The position numbers were made by a program, and so were the translations under genes. The notes below the pieces were generated by a model that was not told where the DNA came from, made no database searches, and saw nothing but the letters and a program-made list of their open reading frames with translations. Below, piece after piece: positions 1 through 10,786 of a stretch of 64,000 bases of DNA. Origin of the DNA: Gammaproteobacteria bacterium (GTDB taxonomy: Bacteria > Pseudomonadota > Gammaproteobacteria > Xanthomonadales > Wenzhouxiangellaceae); the NCBI GenBank assembly GCA_021772975.1, contig JAJFKY010000020.1:5559-69558 (forward strand), in the 5' to 3' direction. The first letter of the stretch is position 1. Every line of letters begins with the position of its first letter.

Positions 1-593
1 TTTTCTGGTGCGGGTTCTTTGTTTGGGACCGCCATGTCTTTTTAAGTCAGGACAGCCACATTTTTGCCCGCGTTTGTGCTTGTTTCCGCAAATTTTTAGA
101 GGGTTAGCCGGCGTTGGGGGAGGCGAGCTTCGGGTTGAATCTTCCCAGACCTGCTATCCGGACGCTGGATTTGCTGATATTGAAGGTTTTAATGCGGTTG
201 GAACTGACGCTGCCGGTACAGAATTTGAGCAGCTGCTATTGCTAGAGTAGCTGTATCCAGGCCCCTGCGAATATCCAGGTCGCACGGTTAATCTCTTGAT
301 AAAGCGCTGATATATCAATGCCTTGAGCATTGACCCTGTGACCAGTTTCAGGATAATGCCCGCGCTGCTGATCATTAGAATCACCCAGCCTCATATGAGG
401 GAGTTTAAGTCGCTGAATTGCTTATCATTTTTTACGGGCTCAGGCGATGCTTTAGAAGCCTTTTTATGCTATTATTACTGGTTGGTTTCAGCGCTTTAGA
501 CAGTTTCTGTTTTAATTGTCTAAGTAGCTGATATTAAATAAAAAGCTAATTCTAAGTGCCGGTTTGGCACAGGCATTACCGGAAAACTGATCT

Positions 594-3149
594 ATGGCAG
601 AAATGGCCCGCGAAATCCTGTCCGTCAATCTCGAAGACGAGATGAAGCAATCCTATCTCGATTACGCCATGAGTGTCATCGTGGGCAGGGCGTTGCCGGA
701 TGTGCGTGACGGTTTGAAACCGGTCCATCGGCGTGTGCTGTTCGCCATGCGTGAGCTGAATAACGATTGGAACAAGGCTTATAAAAAATCAGCGCGCGTG
801 GTCGGTGATGTGATCGGTAAATACCATCCGCATGGTGAATCCGCGGTGTATGACACGATCGTGCGCATGGCGCAGCCGTTTTCGATGCGCTACATGCTGG
901 TTGATGGTCAGGGTAACTTTGGCTCCGTGGATGGCGATTCCCCGGCTGACATGCGTTATACCGAAGTGCGCATGGATAAGCTGGCGCATCATCTGCTGGC
1001 GGATATCGAAAAAGACACCGTTGATTTCACCCCCAATTATGACGAATCCGAGTATGAGCCGGCGGTACTGCCAACCCGGGTCCCGAATTTACTGATCAAC
1101 GGCACCACCGGTATCGCGGTCGGTATGGCGACCAATATTCCGCCACACAATCTGAACGAAGTAATCAATGCCACGCTGGCTCTGCAGCAAAATTCCAATC
1201 TGACCACCGCTGAGTTGATGGAGTATCTGCCGGGACCGGATTTTCCCACGGCGGGCATTATTAACGGCGCAGCCGGTATCCGCGAAGCTTACGAAACCGG
1301 CCGCGGGCGCATTTACATGCGTGCCCGCACGCACATCGAAGAAGACAACGGCCGTCAGTTCATCATCGTTGATGAATTGCCGTTCCAGGTCAACAAAGCC
1401 AATCTGCTGAAAAAAATCGCGGATCTGGTTAACGAAAAGAAAATCGAAGGTATCAGTGGCAGCAATCTGCGCGATGAGTCCGACAAGGACGGCATGCGCA
1501 TGGTGATCGGCGTCAAACAGGGCGAAGTGGCCGAAGTGGTCTTGAATCAGCTGTTCAATATGACTCAGTTGCAGACCGTGTTCGGCATCAATATGGTGGC
1601 TTTGATTGACGGCCGGCCGCGCTTGTTGAATCTGCGCGAGATACTGCAGGCATTCCTGCGCCATCGCCGCGATGTAGTGACCCGGCGGACATTATTTGAG
1701 CTGAGCAAAGCGCGCACCCGCGCTCACGTATTGGAAGGTCTGACGGTTGCATTGGCCAATGTGGACGAGCTGATTGCTCTGATCAAGGCTGCTCCCAGTC
1801 CGGCCGAAGCCAAGCTGCGCCTGCAGGCGCGCCGCTGGGAGTCAGGTCTGGTCAAGGCCCTGCTGGGCGCCGAAGGCGCTTATATGTCGCGGCCGGAAGA
1901 GTTGCCGGCTGAAATCGGCATGCATGCGGATGGCTATCAGTTGTCAGCGGAGCAGGCCCAGGCCATTCTGGAACTGCGCCTGCAGAAACTGACCAGTCTG
2001 GAGCAGGACAAGCTCACCGATGAGTACAAACAGATTCTGGATGCTATTCGCGAACTGCTGAAAATTCTGGCGGACCCGGATGTGATGCAGCAGTTGATTC
2101 GCGATGAGCTGCTGGAAATTCTGGAGCAGTTCGGCGATGAGCGCCGCACCGAAATCCTGCAGCAGCATCTCAATCTCAGCATGGAAGATATGATTGCCGA
2201 GGAAGACGTGGTGGTGACACTGTCGCACGGCGGTTACGCGAAAACCCAGAATCTGGACCGCTATCAGGCCCAGCGCCGTGGTGGACGGGGGCGTTCGGCG
2301 ACCAAAATGAAGGAGGAGGATTTTATCGAGCGGCTGTGGGTCACCAATACTCATGACACGCTGTTGTGTTTTTCCAGCACCGGCAAGGTTTACTGGATCA
2401 AGGTGTATGAATTACCCCAGGCCAGTCATGCCAGCCGTGGCAAGCCGTTTGTCAATCTGTTGCCGCTGGCGGAAGGTGAGCGTATCAACGCGGTGTTACC
2501 GGTGCGCGATTTTCCGGAAGATCAATATGTGTTCTTTGCCACCGCGGCCGGGACGGTTAAGAAAACGCCGCTGGCCGACTATTCACGACCACGTGCGAAT
2601 GGTATCTGGGCCATTGATCTGGTTGCGGGAGACACCCTGATCAATGTGGCTTTGACCGATGGCAGCAAAGACATTCTGCTGTTTGCCAGTAACGGCAAGT
2701 CGGTGCGCTTCAAAGAGATCGATGCACGTTCCATGGGCCGGGTGGCGCGTGGGGTACGGGGTATCCGGTTGCAACCAGATCACCAGGTGGTGTCCATGCA
2801 GGTGGCCGAGCCGGGGCAGGATTTACTGATGGCTACCAGCAATGGCTTTGGCAAGCGCACCAGCCTGGAAGATTTTCCGGTCCACCGCCGCGGTGGTCAG
2901 GGTGTTATTGCTATTCAGACCTCTGATCGCAACGGTGAGCTGGTCGCGGCTTTGAGTGTGGCTGAAGACGATGACGTGATGCTGATCAGTAATGGCGGCA
3001 CCCTGGTGCGCACGCCGGCCATGGAAATCTCCCGCCTGGGACGTAACACTCAGGGCGTGACGCTGATTCGCCTTGACGATAAGGAAGCACTGGTAGGGTT
3101 GGCGCGGGTGGAAGCTATCGAAGGTGAAGGTGAAGATGAAGCGGAATAA
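594..3149 (+). CDS. gyrA: DNA gyrase subunit A
   Basis: 851-aa ORF. It has [20 protein letters not shown] (QRDR region), ADMRYTEV (catalytic Tyr region), C-terminal beta-pinwheel repeats and an acidic EGEGEDEAE tail. Confidence 0.97.
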   Translation: MAEMAREILSVNLEDEMKQSYLDYAMSVIVGRALPDVRDGLKPVHRRVLFAMRELNNDWNKAYKKSARVVGDVIGKYHPHGESAVYDTIVRMAQPFSMRYMLVDGQGNFGSVDGDSPADMRYTEVRMDKLAHHLLADIEKDTVDFTPNYDESEYEPAVLPTRVPNLLINGTTGIAVGMATNIPPHNLNEVINATLALQQNSNLTTAELMEYLPGPDFPTAGIINGAAGIREAYETGRGRIYMRARTHIEEDNGRQFIIVDELPFQVNKANLLKKIADLVNEKKIEGISGSNLRDESDKDGMRMVIGVKQGEVAEVVLNQLFNMTQLQTVFGINMVALIDGRPRLLNLREILQAFLRHRRDVVTRRTLFELSKARTRAHVLEGLTVALANVDELIALIKAAPSPAEAKLRLQARRWESGLVKALLGAEGAYMSRPEELPAEIGMHADGYQLSAEQAQAILELRLQKLTSLEQDKLTDEYKQILDAIRELLKILADPDVMQQLIRDELLEILEQFGDERRTEILQQHLNLSMEDMIAEEDVVVTLSHGGYAKTQNLDRYQAQRRGGRGRSATKMKEEDFIERLWVTNTHDTLLCFSSTGKVYWIKVYELPQASHASRGKPFVNLLPLAEGERINAVLPVRDFPEDQYVFFATAAGTVKKTPLADYSRPRANGIWAIDLVAGDTLINVALTDGSKDILLFASNGKSVRFKEIDARSMGRVARGVRGIRLQPDHQVVSMQVAEPGQDLLMATSNGFGKRTSLEDFPVHRRGGQGVIAIQTSDRNGELVAALSVAEDDDVMLISNGGTLVRTPAMEISRLGRNTQGVTLIRLDDKEALVGLARVEAIEGEGEDEAE

Positions 3150-3247
3150 GCCGGTAGCGGCGCAAAGCTGAAGCCCGGTCGTAAGCTGCTGCGGCAGGTT
3201 TTTATAGTTCCGACAGAGTGGATAACCAGGCTGATGCCAGTTGCGCT

Positions 3248-4096
3248 TCAGTCGTGATAGCGCATGCTGAAATCAACCGCATTGATCTGTTTGCACAACT
3301 CGCCGATAGAAATATCCTGAACGCCGGTTTCGGCCACCGCGCGGACTGTTTCCAGGGTAATTCCTCCGGATGCTTCCAGCCGTATCCCATCGCCATACTC
3401 GCGCACCGCGGTGCGCAATTCGCTCAGATCAAAGTTATCCAGCAATACCCGGTCGGCCTTGGCCTGAAAAGCATCATCCAGCTGTTGCAGGGTTTCAACC
3501 TCGACGATGACCGGTACGCCGGGAAACAATTCACGTGCCTGCCAGACCTGTGAGGCCATATCGGTGCCAGCCGCCAGGTGATTTTCTTTCAACATTACCT
3601 CGTCAAACAGGCCCATGCGATGATTGTGGCAGCCACCACAGGTCACCGCATATTTTTGTGCGGCCCGCAATCCGGGTATGGTCTTGCGGGTATCCAGCAG
3701 ACGGACCTCAAGGCCCGCCACTGCGTCGGCATAACGCTTCGCCAGGGTAGCGGTTCCGGACAGTAACTGCATGAAATTCAACGCGGTGCGCTCACCACTG
3801 AGCAGCGCGCGGGCAGGCCCGGTCAGTTCACAAATCAGCTGGCCGGCCTGGAGGTTATCGGCATCGCTGGCGAGCCAGCAGATATCGATATCGGTGGTTA
3901 ACAGCGCAAACACCTCGTCGACCCATGCCTGACCGCACAACACGGCATTCTCGCGGCAAATGATACGGGTGCTGAGTTGCTTATCCTCCGGGATCAGCTG
4001 AGCACTCACATCACCACTACCGATATCTTCGGCCAGCGCGGTACGGACTTGTTGTCGGATGCCTGCTCGGTCTGGCAGCTGTAGTCTGGCTGGCAT
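3248..4096 (-). CDS. nadC: Nicotinate-nucleotide pyrophosphorylase (quinolinate phosphoribosyltransferase)
   Basis: 282-aa ORF with typical NadC blocks (GERTALNFMQLLSGTAT, LLDTRKTIPGLR, VMLKENH, IEVEVETL, LEASGGIT). Confidence 0.93.
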   Translation of the reverse strand: MPARLQLPDRAGIRQQVRTALAEDIGSGDVSAQLIPEDKQLSTRIICRENAVLCGQAWVDEVFALLTTDIDICWLASDADNLQAGQLICELTGPARALLSGERTALNFMQLLSGTATLAKRYADAVAGLEVRLLDTRKTIPGLRAAQKYAVTCGGCHNHRMGLFDEVMLKENHLAAGTDMASQVWQARELFPGVPVIVEVETLQQLDDAFQAKADRVLLDNFDLSELRTAVREYGDGIRLEASGGITLETVRAVAETGVQDISIGELCKQINAVDFSMRYHD

Positions 4097-4098
4097 GA

Positions 4099-4371
4099 TC
4101 AGCCGGGGAAGTCCTTGAACTGGGTGGTGCCGATGCCAGCCTCGTACAGCAATACGGGAATGTCATCTTTAATCGGATAAAGCACTTTACCGTCCTGGGT
4201 AAGCAGGGCGGCATCCAGCGCCGCCGGCACTGGCTCACCGTCTACGGTGATCACGCCGCCAGACTGAATCTGATCATTCACATAGCCCAACTGTGCTTTA
4301 CTGGCCAGCTTTAGCGGCACGTGGCTGACCGGGCAGCAGAGGATTTCCAGAAGTTGTTTACTGATAGCCAT
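4099..4371 (-). CDS. Trm112/UPF0434 family small protein
   Basis: 90 aa. N-terminal LLEILCCPV and C-terminal YPIKDDIPVLLYEA match the Trm112-like zinc-ribbon fold. The stop lies 3 nt upstream of the nadC start. Confidence 0.75.
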   Translation of the reverse strand: MAISKQLLEILCCPVSHVPLKLASKAQLGYVNDQIQSGGVITVDGEPVPAALDAALLTQDGKVLYPIKDDIPVLLYEAGIGTTQFKDFPG

Positions 4372-4479
4372 AAATATTCATTTGGATGGTGGTGGCAATG
4401 CCCGCGCAACATAGCCGTTCAAAGGTTTATTGGCAAGCTGAATCTGTTACATTATGCAGTTTTCCAGCGGATATAAAAG

Positions 4480-5004
4480 ATGGCGGAGAGCATGTCACGG
4501 AGCATCGCGCAGCAGCCACAGGTCGCAGTGATTATGGGATCCAGGTCAGACTGGCCAACCATGCAGCACACGGCCAGCGTACTGACGCAGTTTGCAGTTG
4601 CTCATCAGGTTCAGGTGGTGTCAGCGCACCGCACGCCCAAGGCGATGGTGGAGTTTGCCGAGTCCGCTCGCGAACGCGGTTTGCGGGTGATTATAGCCGG
4701 CGCCGGCGGGGCCGCGCATTTGCCCGGTATGGTAGCGGCATTAACAACTTTGCCGGTGATCGGCGTGCCGGTTCAAAGCCGCGCGCTGGATGGCATGGAC
4801 TCACTGCTGTCAATCGTGCAAATGCCGGGCGGCGTACCGGTCGCCACCGTGGCCATTGGTGATTCCGGCGCCAAAAACGCCGGCTTACTGGCGGTTTCCA
4901 TTCTGGCCACATCAACCCCGGCACTGGCTGACAAGCTGGAGCAGTATCGCCGTCAACAGCGCGACAGCGTACTGGCTGAGCCTGATCCCAGCACGGCTGG
5001 CTGA
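4480..5004 (+). CDS. purE: 5-(carboxyamino)imidazole ribonucleotide mutase
   Basis: Motifs [17 protein letters not shown] and [13 protein letters not shown]. An alternative ATG lies at 4492. Confidence 0.95.
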   Translation: MAESMSRSIAQQPQVAVIMGSRSDWPTMQHTASVLTQFAVAHQVQVVSAHRTPKAMVEFAESARERGLRVIIAGAGGAAHLPGMVAALTTLPVIGVPVQSRALDGMDSLLSIVQMPGGVPVATVAIGDSGAKNAGLLAVSILATSTPALADKLEQYRRQQRDSVLAEPDPSTAG

Positions 5005-5035
5005 ATTTTCATCACTATCGTAAGGCAGTAATTTT

Positions 5036-6160
5036 ATGACCCGGTTAGGTATTATCGGTGGCGGACAGCTGGCGCGCATGCTGGCCCAGGCCGCTCACAA
5101 ACTGGATATTTCGACACTGGTCCTGGACCCCAAGGCGGATGCCTGCGCGGGTCAGGTCAGTGAGCTGATTCAGGCTGAATACGATGATCAGACAGCGCTT
5201 AATCAGCTGGCTGAACAATGTGATGTGCTGACCTATGATTTTGAGAATGTGCCGGCTGCAGGTCTGCAGCAACTGGCCGGGCACTGTCCGGTATTTCCGG
5301 GGGTCGACATTCTGGCGGTCGCGCAGGATCGTCTGTCAGAAAAGACCCTGTTTGGTGAGCTGGATATCGCGGTCCCAGAGTTTCACGCCATCAACTCGCG
5401 CCCGGACCTGTTGGCTGCACTGGAGCAGACCGGTTATCCGGCAGTTCTGAAAACCCGCCGCTTTGGTTATGATGGCAAGGGGCAGAGCATTCTGCGCCAG
5501 CCTGAAGACATGGAGCCTGCCTGGCGCAGGTTCGAGGGGCATCCGTTGATTCTCGAGCAATTTGTTCGTTACGACTGGGAGTGCTCGGTTATCGGGGTGC
5601 GCAGTGCTGAAGGCGAAATCGCTTACTACCCTTTGGCCAGAAATCATCATAATCACGGTATTCTGGATTACAGCCATGCCCCGATACCCAACCTGGACGC
5701 CGGGCTTAAGGCTACCGCGCAGTCTTATCTGCGGCGCATTCTGGAGAAATTTGATTATGTGGGCGTGCTGACGCTCGAGCTGTTCGTCGTCAATGGCCAG
5801 CCGTATGCCAATGAAATTGCTCCCAGAGTGCATAATTCCGGCCACTGGAGCATTGACGGGACAGCCTGCAGCCAGTTTGAAAATCATGTGCGGGCCTGCT
5901 GTGGTTTGCCCCTGGGCGATACCCGCGCTATCGGCGAGTCATTGATGCTTAACTGGATTGGTGATTTACCCGATTCAGCGCCCTATCTGAAGATTGATGG
6001 CCTGCATTGGCACCCATATGGCAAGCAGGCGCGTGAGGGGCGTAAAGTGGGGCACGCTACCTTGACCGCGGCAGACCGTGAGGTCTTCCATGCGCAGGTG
6101 CGTCAATTGGCGAAACTGCACGGCAATCCCGAACTGGTGGAGTTTGTTACCCAGAGCTGA
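5036..6160 (+). CDS. purK: 5-(carboxyamino)imidazole ribonucleotide synthase
   Basis: 374 aa with an ATP-grasp fold (GIIGGGQLARM, YDGKGQ, NEIAPRVHNSGHW). It sits directly downstream of purE. Confidence 0.95.
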   Translation: MTRLGIIGGGQLARMLAQAAHKLDISTLVLDPKADACAGQVSELIQAEYDDQTALNQLAEQCDVLTYDFENVPAAGLQQLAGHCPVFPGVDILAVAQDRLSEKTLFGELDIAVPEFHAINSRPDLLAALEQTGYPAVLKTRRFGYDGKGQSILRQPEDMEPAWRRFEGHPLILEQFVRYDWECSVIGVRSAEGEIAYYPLARNHHNHGILDYSHAPIPNLDAGLKATAQSYLRRILEKFDYVGVLTLELFVVNGQPYANEIAPRVHNSGHWSIDGTACSQFENHVRACCGLPLGDTRAIGESLMLNWIGDLPDSAPYLKIDGLHWHPYGKQAREGRKVGHATLTAADREVFHAQVRQLAKLHGNPELVEFVTQS

Positions 6161-6217
6161 AGCAGTCACCTGGCGTTGCCCGCGGTAGTGGGCCAGGCAT
6201 GTTGACGCCATTGTTCA

Positions 6218-6243
6218 GGTTTGCTTGTCTGGTTTGCTTGTCT
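6218..6243. repeat. 2 x 13-bp perfect tandem repeat (ggtttgcttgtct)
   Basis: Read directly in the purK / VOC-gene intergenic region. Confidence 0.9.
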
Positions 6244-6303
6244 GGGGCTGTGTGAGCTTATTTTCTCGCGATCCAGAGTTAACTTTCAAAACGAGGAATC
6301 ACC

Positions 6304-6798
6304 ATGAGCACATATCCACGCACGTTCTCACATATTGGCATCTCAGTTCCCGATGTTGAAAAAGCAGTCGAGTTTTACAGTCGTGTTATGGGTTGGTATC
6401 AGATAATGCAGCCCACTGTCATTACCGAAGAATCAGACACGCCAATAGGGCAAATGTGTATTGATGTTTTTGGCCGGGGCTGGGGGTCTTTTAAGATCGC
6501 GCACATGTCGACTGGTGACAAAATCGGCGTTGAAATGTTTGAGTTTAAAAACAATGAAAGCCCTAAAGATTTCGAATATTGGAAAACCAGCACCTTCCAT
6601 TTCTGTGTCCAGGATCCAGACGTAGAAGGGCTGGTAGAAAAAATTGTGGCGCATGGCGGCAAGCAGAGAATGCCTATCAGAGAATACTACCCCGGAGAAA
6701 AGCCTTACCGAATGGTCTATGTCGAAGATCCATTTGGCTTGATATTTGAGGTTTACTCGCATAGCTATGAACTGACTTATTCACAGGGTGCGTACTAA
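6304..6798 (+). CDS. VOC (glyoxalase/bleomycin-resistance/dioxygenase) family protein
   Basis: 164 aa. FSHIGISVPDVEKAVEFY followed by HFCVQDPDVEGL is the typical paired beta-alpha-beta-beta-beta VOC pattern. A GAGGAA RBS precedes the ATG. Confidence 0.75.
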   Translation: MSTYPRTFSHIGISVPDVEKAVEFYSRVMGWYQIMQPTVITEESDTPIGQMCIDVFGRGWGSFKIAHMSTGDKIGVEMFEFKNNESPKDFEYWKTSTFHFCVQDPDVEGLVEKIVAHGGKQRMPIREYYPGEKPYRMVYVEDPFGLIFEVYSHSYELTYSQGAY

Positions 6799-6940
6799 AA
6801 AGTTAACAAGCCAAGCGAACCGACGCGTAAGTGTGCGGCTTCTTCTAGCGTTATATCCGGACTGGTGCCTGATATAACTCCAGGTTGATTTTTTTCCAGT
6901 TGATCCCTCAAGCGCCGGCAAAAGTTATGCTCATCCCGCC

Positions 6941-7018
6941 TGTGCCGGGATGAGAGTTGTGGGTGTCCTATCTTTTGCTTGTGCCGGGATGAGAGTTGTG
7001 GGTGTCCTATCTTTTGCT
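6941..7018. repeat. 2 x 39-bp perfect tandem duplication
   Basis: tgtgccgggatgagagttgtgggtgtcctatcttttgct occurs at 6941-6979 and again at 6980-7018. The first copy supplies the right arm of a 9-bp-stem hairpin (6930-6954). Confidence 0.95.
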
Positions 7019-7108
7019 GTCTTTAGAGCGGGGGGCGCAAGCTGGTATGATAATCGCCTGTTACACTAGCGCTACAAAAAAAACCAACTATTAATCGGGA
7101 AAGCTACC

Positions 7109-9028
7109 ATGCAACAGACACTTCCTCAGTTAACCGTCAAGGCCGTTATCCTCGGTATTCTGTTATCGATGATTCTGGCCGGGGCCAATGCCTATCTAGG
7201 CCTGTTTGCCGGTTTGACGGTATCCGCCTCCATTCCGGCAGCGGTTATCTCCATGGGTATTCTGCGCTTGTTCAAAGAGTCCAACATTCTGGAAAACAAC
7301 ATTGTCCAGACCGCGGCTTCGGCCGGTGAATCGCTGGCGGCGGGGGTGATTTTCACCCTGCCGGCATTGATTCTGCTCGGTTACTGGGAAACCTTTGATT
7401 ACATCTGGGTCACCATGATCGCCGGGCTGGGTGGGCTGCTGGGGGTGCTGTTTACCATTCCGCTGCGGCGTTCATTGATTGTGGAAGAAAAGCTGGCCTT
7501 TCCGGAAGGCACCGCCACCGCCGAAGTTTTGAAAGTAGGTGACAGCGGAAACGGCATCAGATTATTGAGTATGGCGGCCCTGGCGGGCGGGCTGATTAAG
7601 TTTGCGGATACCGGCTTGCGATTGTGGCAGGGTGTCGCCCAGGCAGGCACTTTTGTCGGTCAGAGTATTGCTTATATCGGTAGTAATCTGTCTCCAGCGC
7701 TGCTTAGTGTGGGTTACATTGTGCGTCTGAATATCGCGGTGCTGGTGTTCGGTGGCGGCGCGCTGGCCTGGTATATTGGCATCCCCCTGTATTCCGCACT
7801 GTTTCTGGATCAGGACCCTAATCTGATTGCGCTGCGTGAGCAGGGCGCCGGCGCGGCTAGCGTGGCCTTGGATATCTGGAACCGCAAGATTCGCTACATG
7901 GGCGTTGGCGCCATGCTGCTGGGTGGTATCTGGGCGCTGTTCTCCATGCGCCGCTCATTGGTGTCGGGCGTAAAAAGCGGCCTGAATGAGTTCAAGCATG
8001 CCAAGGCCGGCGGAGTACGGGCGGAAGTCGATAAGGATATGCCCATGCCATTGGTGCTGGGTGCTATTGTGTTGTTTGTGATTCCCATCTTTCTGCTGTA
8101 CTGGCAGGTGGTTGATCAGCTCGGTATCAGCCTGGCGCTGGCCGCGGTGATGGTGATCACCGGTTTTTTGTTCTCCTCAGTAGCCGCTTATATGGCCGGC
8201 CTGGTAGGCTCGAGCAATAATCCGATTTCCGGCATTACCATTGCCACCATTACCTTCTCGGCATTTTTGCTGCTGCTATTACTCGGTGAGGACGCCAGCA
8301 ATGGTCCGGCGGCGGCGATTATGGTCGGCGCCGTGGTGTGCTGCGCGGCAGCGATTGCCGGTGACAATCTGCAGGATCTGAAAGCCGGTTATATCCTCGG
8401 TGCAACACCCTGGAAACAGCAGGTGATGCAGGGTATCGGGGTGATGTCCGCTGCCTTGGTGGTGGCTCCGATTCTGACCCTGCTATTGGTGGCCTACGGT
8501 TTCGGACCACCCACTGAAGCCCAGCCGAATGCTTTACAGGCGCCACAGGCGACTCTGATGGCATCGGTCGCGCGCGGTGTATTTGGCGGTAATCTGCCCT
8601 GGAATATGGTGTTTATCGGTATGGGTATCGGTGCAGCGGTTATTTTTGCTGACTCCATCCTGGCCAGGCGCGGCAGCAGTTTCCGGATGCCGGTACTGGC
8701 GGTAGCGGTGGGTATTTACCTGCCCTTGCAATTGAGTACCGCCATTTTCGCCGGTGGTTTGATTTCCTGGCTGACCGAGCGGATAACCGGTCCGGAAGGT
8801 CCGGGGCGTCAGGCGGGGGTGTTGATTGCAGCCGGTTTAATTACCGGTGAAGCACTGATCGGAATATTGCTGGCGTTACCCATCGTGTTTGCCGACGACC
8901 CCAATTTCATGCAGCTGGGCAGCTGGTCCGGCCTGAGCAATGACCCGCTGGGCGCGTGGCCCGGTCTGATTATGATGGCTTTGCTGTGTATGTGGTTATA
9001 TAAGGCTGCATCGCGCAAGACTGTATAA
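7109..9028 (+). CDS. OPT family oligopeptide transporter
   Basis: 639-aa polytopic membrane protein. The N-terminus (LTVKAVILGILLSMILAGANAYLGLFAGLTVSASIPAAVISM) and the NLQDLKAGY block are characteristic of bacterial OPT transporters. Confidence 0.85.
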   Translation: MQQTLPQLTVKAVILGILLSMILAGANAYLGLFAGLTVSASIPAAVISMGILRLFKESNILENNIVQTAASAGESLAAGVIFTLPALILLGYWETFDYIWVTMIAGLGGLLGVLFTIPLRRSLIVEEKLAFPEGTATAEVLKVGDSGNGIRLLSMAALAGGLIKFADTGLRLWQGVAQAGTFVGQSIAYIGSNLSPALLSVGYIVRLNIAVLVFGGGALAWYIGIPLYSALFLDQDPNLIALREQGAGAASVALDIWNRKIRYMGVGAMLLGGIWALFSMRRSLVSGVKSGLNEFKHAKAGGVRAEVDKDMPMPLVLGAIVLFVIPIFLLYWQVVDQLGISLALAAVMVITGFLFSSVAAYMAGLVGSSNNPISGITIATITFSAFLLLLLLGEDASNGPAAAIMVGAVVCCAAAIAGDNLQDLKAGYILGATPWKQQVMQGIGVMSAALVVAPILTLLLVAYGFGPPTEAQPNALQAPQATLMASVARGVFGGNLPWNMVFIGMGIGAAVIFADSILARRGSSFRMPVLAVAVGIYLPLQLSTAIFAGGLISWLTERITGPEGPGRQAGVLIAAGLITGEALIGILLALPIVFADDPNFMQLGSWSGLSNDPLGAWPGLIMMALLCMWLYKAASRKTV

Positions 9029-9331
9029 GTGCGGGTAGGGTTCGGTCCGCGCGCAAGACGACGGTGATTACGCTGACGTTGCTGACCTAGTCATCAGGTT
9101 ATTTGACCCGGCTGTTTTTGCGCTAAAGATTATGTTCAATGCCTTAAGCTATTGAGCGGTTATTGTTGCGGGTTTAACTGTGCCGTTATTGCCGCGCATG
9201 TTTGCAGATATGTTCCTGTCTGCGCGAGACCGATCTCGGTAGACGGGGATTTATTTCACTCAGCAATGAGGTTGCGGCTGATAATAATATTCAGCAATCA
9301 GCAATAATATAGAAGCTTCTCGCGCGTAACA

Positions 9332-10786
9332 TCAGAATGTAAATATCAACTGGGTATAGAAGAATCTGATGTTTTCAGAACTGCCGGTATCTTCAAGGAA
9401 GTCGCCGGCAAACAGATAGCTGAAACCCACCAGGGTTGATACCCTGGGGGTGAATTTATAATTAAAAGTGAAGTCCAGTTCAGTACCAATTGTTTTTGCC
9501 GCATTGGGGTCGGCAGGGCGTACTATGCCGCCACCTGCATTGTAAAATGCATCGCCACGGTTGGCACGCGACAGAAAGTGGGCCTCAAAACCGAATACGG
9601 CCTGGCTGAACGGGCTGAGTTTGACCCCGGGGTGGAAATCTATGATGTTTTGCCGCCCAACGATATCGATAAAGCCCAGATAGGCGTGGCCTAATGGGAA
9701 TAATTGATTGAACGTGCCGACACTGCCACCAGCTTCATCGTCGCCGCTGGCATAATCAAAACCCAGACTGAATCTTGGCTTGCCGCTCCAGCCGAGTGGC
9801 TGGTAACCCAGCACCCCGGTAAACATGCCAGCACTGATATCGTCATTTCCAACTTCACCAGTCTGCCAGGCTGCTTCGACTTCGTAGTCCAGCTGGTTGC
9901 CGAGGTACTTACCCCAGTGTCTGACACCCAGAGTGTGACGATTTTCATCACCCTGAGTACCATTGAAGCTGCGGTTGGCGCGATCAATACCATACCAATA
10001 GTAATCAATGCCACTGTTGGCGCTTAGTTTTTGGGTTGCATTAATACCGAACAGCAAGTTATCGGCATCCGCGTTGTTGAAACTGGAACGCTGCACCGGT
10101 ACAAATTTTGAATAAAAGCCATGAATACGAAAATCAGCGTTTTCAAATATTGCGGTCAAACCGTCCCAGTGTCTTAGTGCGTTGGCCCAGGGCAGGGGGC
10201 TAATCAGGCGTTGCTTGCCAAAGGCATATTCCTGGCGCCCGGCACGCAGCGTCAAACTGCTTTGATTGTTGAGTGGTATTTTGTAGTCAACAAACAACTG
10301 CTGTAATTCGTACTTATCAACATCAATACTCCTTTCGCCACCCGGCAGGTCACGGTCAGTAATATCGGCATGCTTAAATTCGGAAAAGATCCTTAGGTTG
10401 TCACCAAAATGCCAGTCGGCGTGGAATAAGCCACGTCCTATCAGAAAGGTATCCTGATCATTGAGCGGTGCGCCAAAGTCAAAATTGTTCCAGTTTTCAA
10501 CGCGGAATTGAGTATGTCCTCCGAAACTGACCCAGATATTGCCAGTATCGCTCAAAGCAATAAATTTATGCTTGTGCTCGGGTTTTAACTGGTCGCGCGG
10601 AATGCCTTTAAGGCTTGACCAGTCTTCTTCAAAGCGCAAAAACTTTGTTTTTGGTACCGCATATGAACCGCTGTCATCAGCCATTGCTGGTGCTAATGTC
10701 AGGCAGAGCAATAATGCTGCCAGTGATAATGCCAGGTATGGCTTCAATACCGTTGTGTTAATCCTTAAAGGTCGGGTGGTATTCAT
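9332..10786 (-). CDS. Outer-membrane beta-barrel porin, alginate-export (AlgE-like) family
   Basis: The ORF runs to 10855, but the ATG at 10786 (MNTTRPL...) gives a signal peptide ending APAMAD. The sequence is rich in aromatic/Gly beta-strand pattern and ends in ...QLIFTF, a typical OMP terminal Phe. Confidence 0.65.
   Translation of the reverse strand: MNTTRPLRINTTVLKPYLALSLAALLLCLTLAPAMADDSGSYAVPKTKFLRFEEDWSSLKGIPRDQLKPEHKHKFIALSDTGNIWVSFGGHTQFRVENWNNFDFGAPLNDQDTFLIGRGLFHADWHFGDNLRIFSEFKHADITDRDLPGGERSIDVDKYELQQLFVDYKIPLNNQSSLTLRAGRQEYAFGKQRLISPLPWANALRHWDGLTAIFENADFRIHGFYSKFVPVQRSSFNNADADNLLFGINATQKLSANSGIDYYWYGIDRANRSFNGTQGDENRHTLGVRHWGKYLGNQLDYEVEAAWQTGEVGNDDISAGMFTGVLGYQPLGWSGKPRFSLGFDYASGDDEAGGSVGTFNQLFPLGHAYLGFIDIVGRQNIIDFHPGVKLSPFSQAVFGFEAHFLSRANRGDAFYNAGGGIVRPADPNAAKTIGTELDFTFNYKFTPRVSTLVGFSYLFAGDFLEDTGSSENIRFFYTQLIFTF

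Noticed and set aside
8-384. ORFs 8-250 (+) and 154-384 (-) in the 590-bp region upstream of gyrA. A 12-bp palindrome, cctcatatgagg, lies at 389-400.
   Set aside because: Both translations are low-complexity (Cys/Gly/Ser-rich), overlap each other, and have no convincing RBS or family motif. I cannot support them as genes. The region is left as gyrA upstream/promoter DNA.
1089-1664. Long antisense or out-of-frame ORFs inside well-supported genes. Examples are 1089-1664(-), 4386-4862(+), 5336-5887(-), 24624-25337(+), 34421-35089(+), 41426-41968(+), 45847-46362(+), 51143-51676(+), 55769-56290(-) and 60088-60735(-).
   Set aside because: These are shadow ORFs typical of GC-rich coding DNA. Each overlaps a gene with strong motif evidence, and their translations are Arg/Ala/Pro/Gln-rich without domain signatures.
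6850-6896. AT-rich 8-bp hairpin (gttatatc...gatataac) followed 10 nt later by a T7 run after the VOC gene.
   Set aside because: The stem is weak and the T-run is not adjacent, so I do not call it a terminator.
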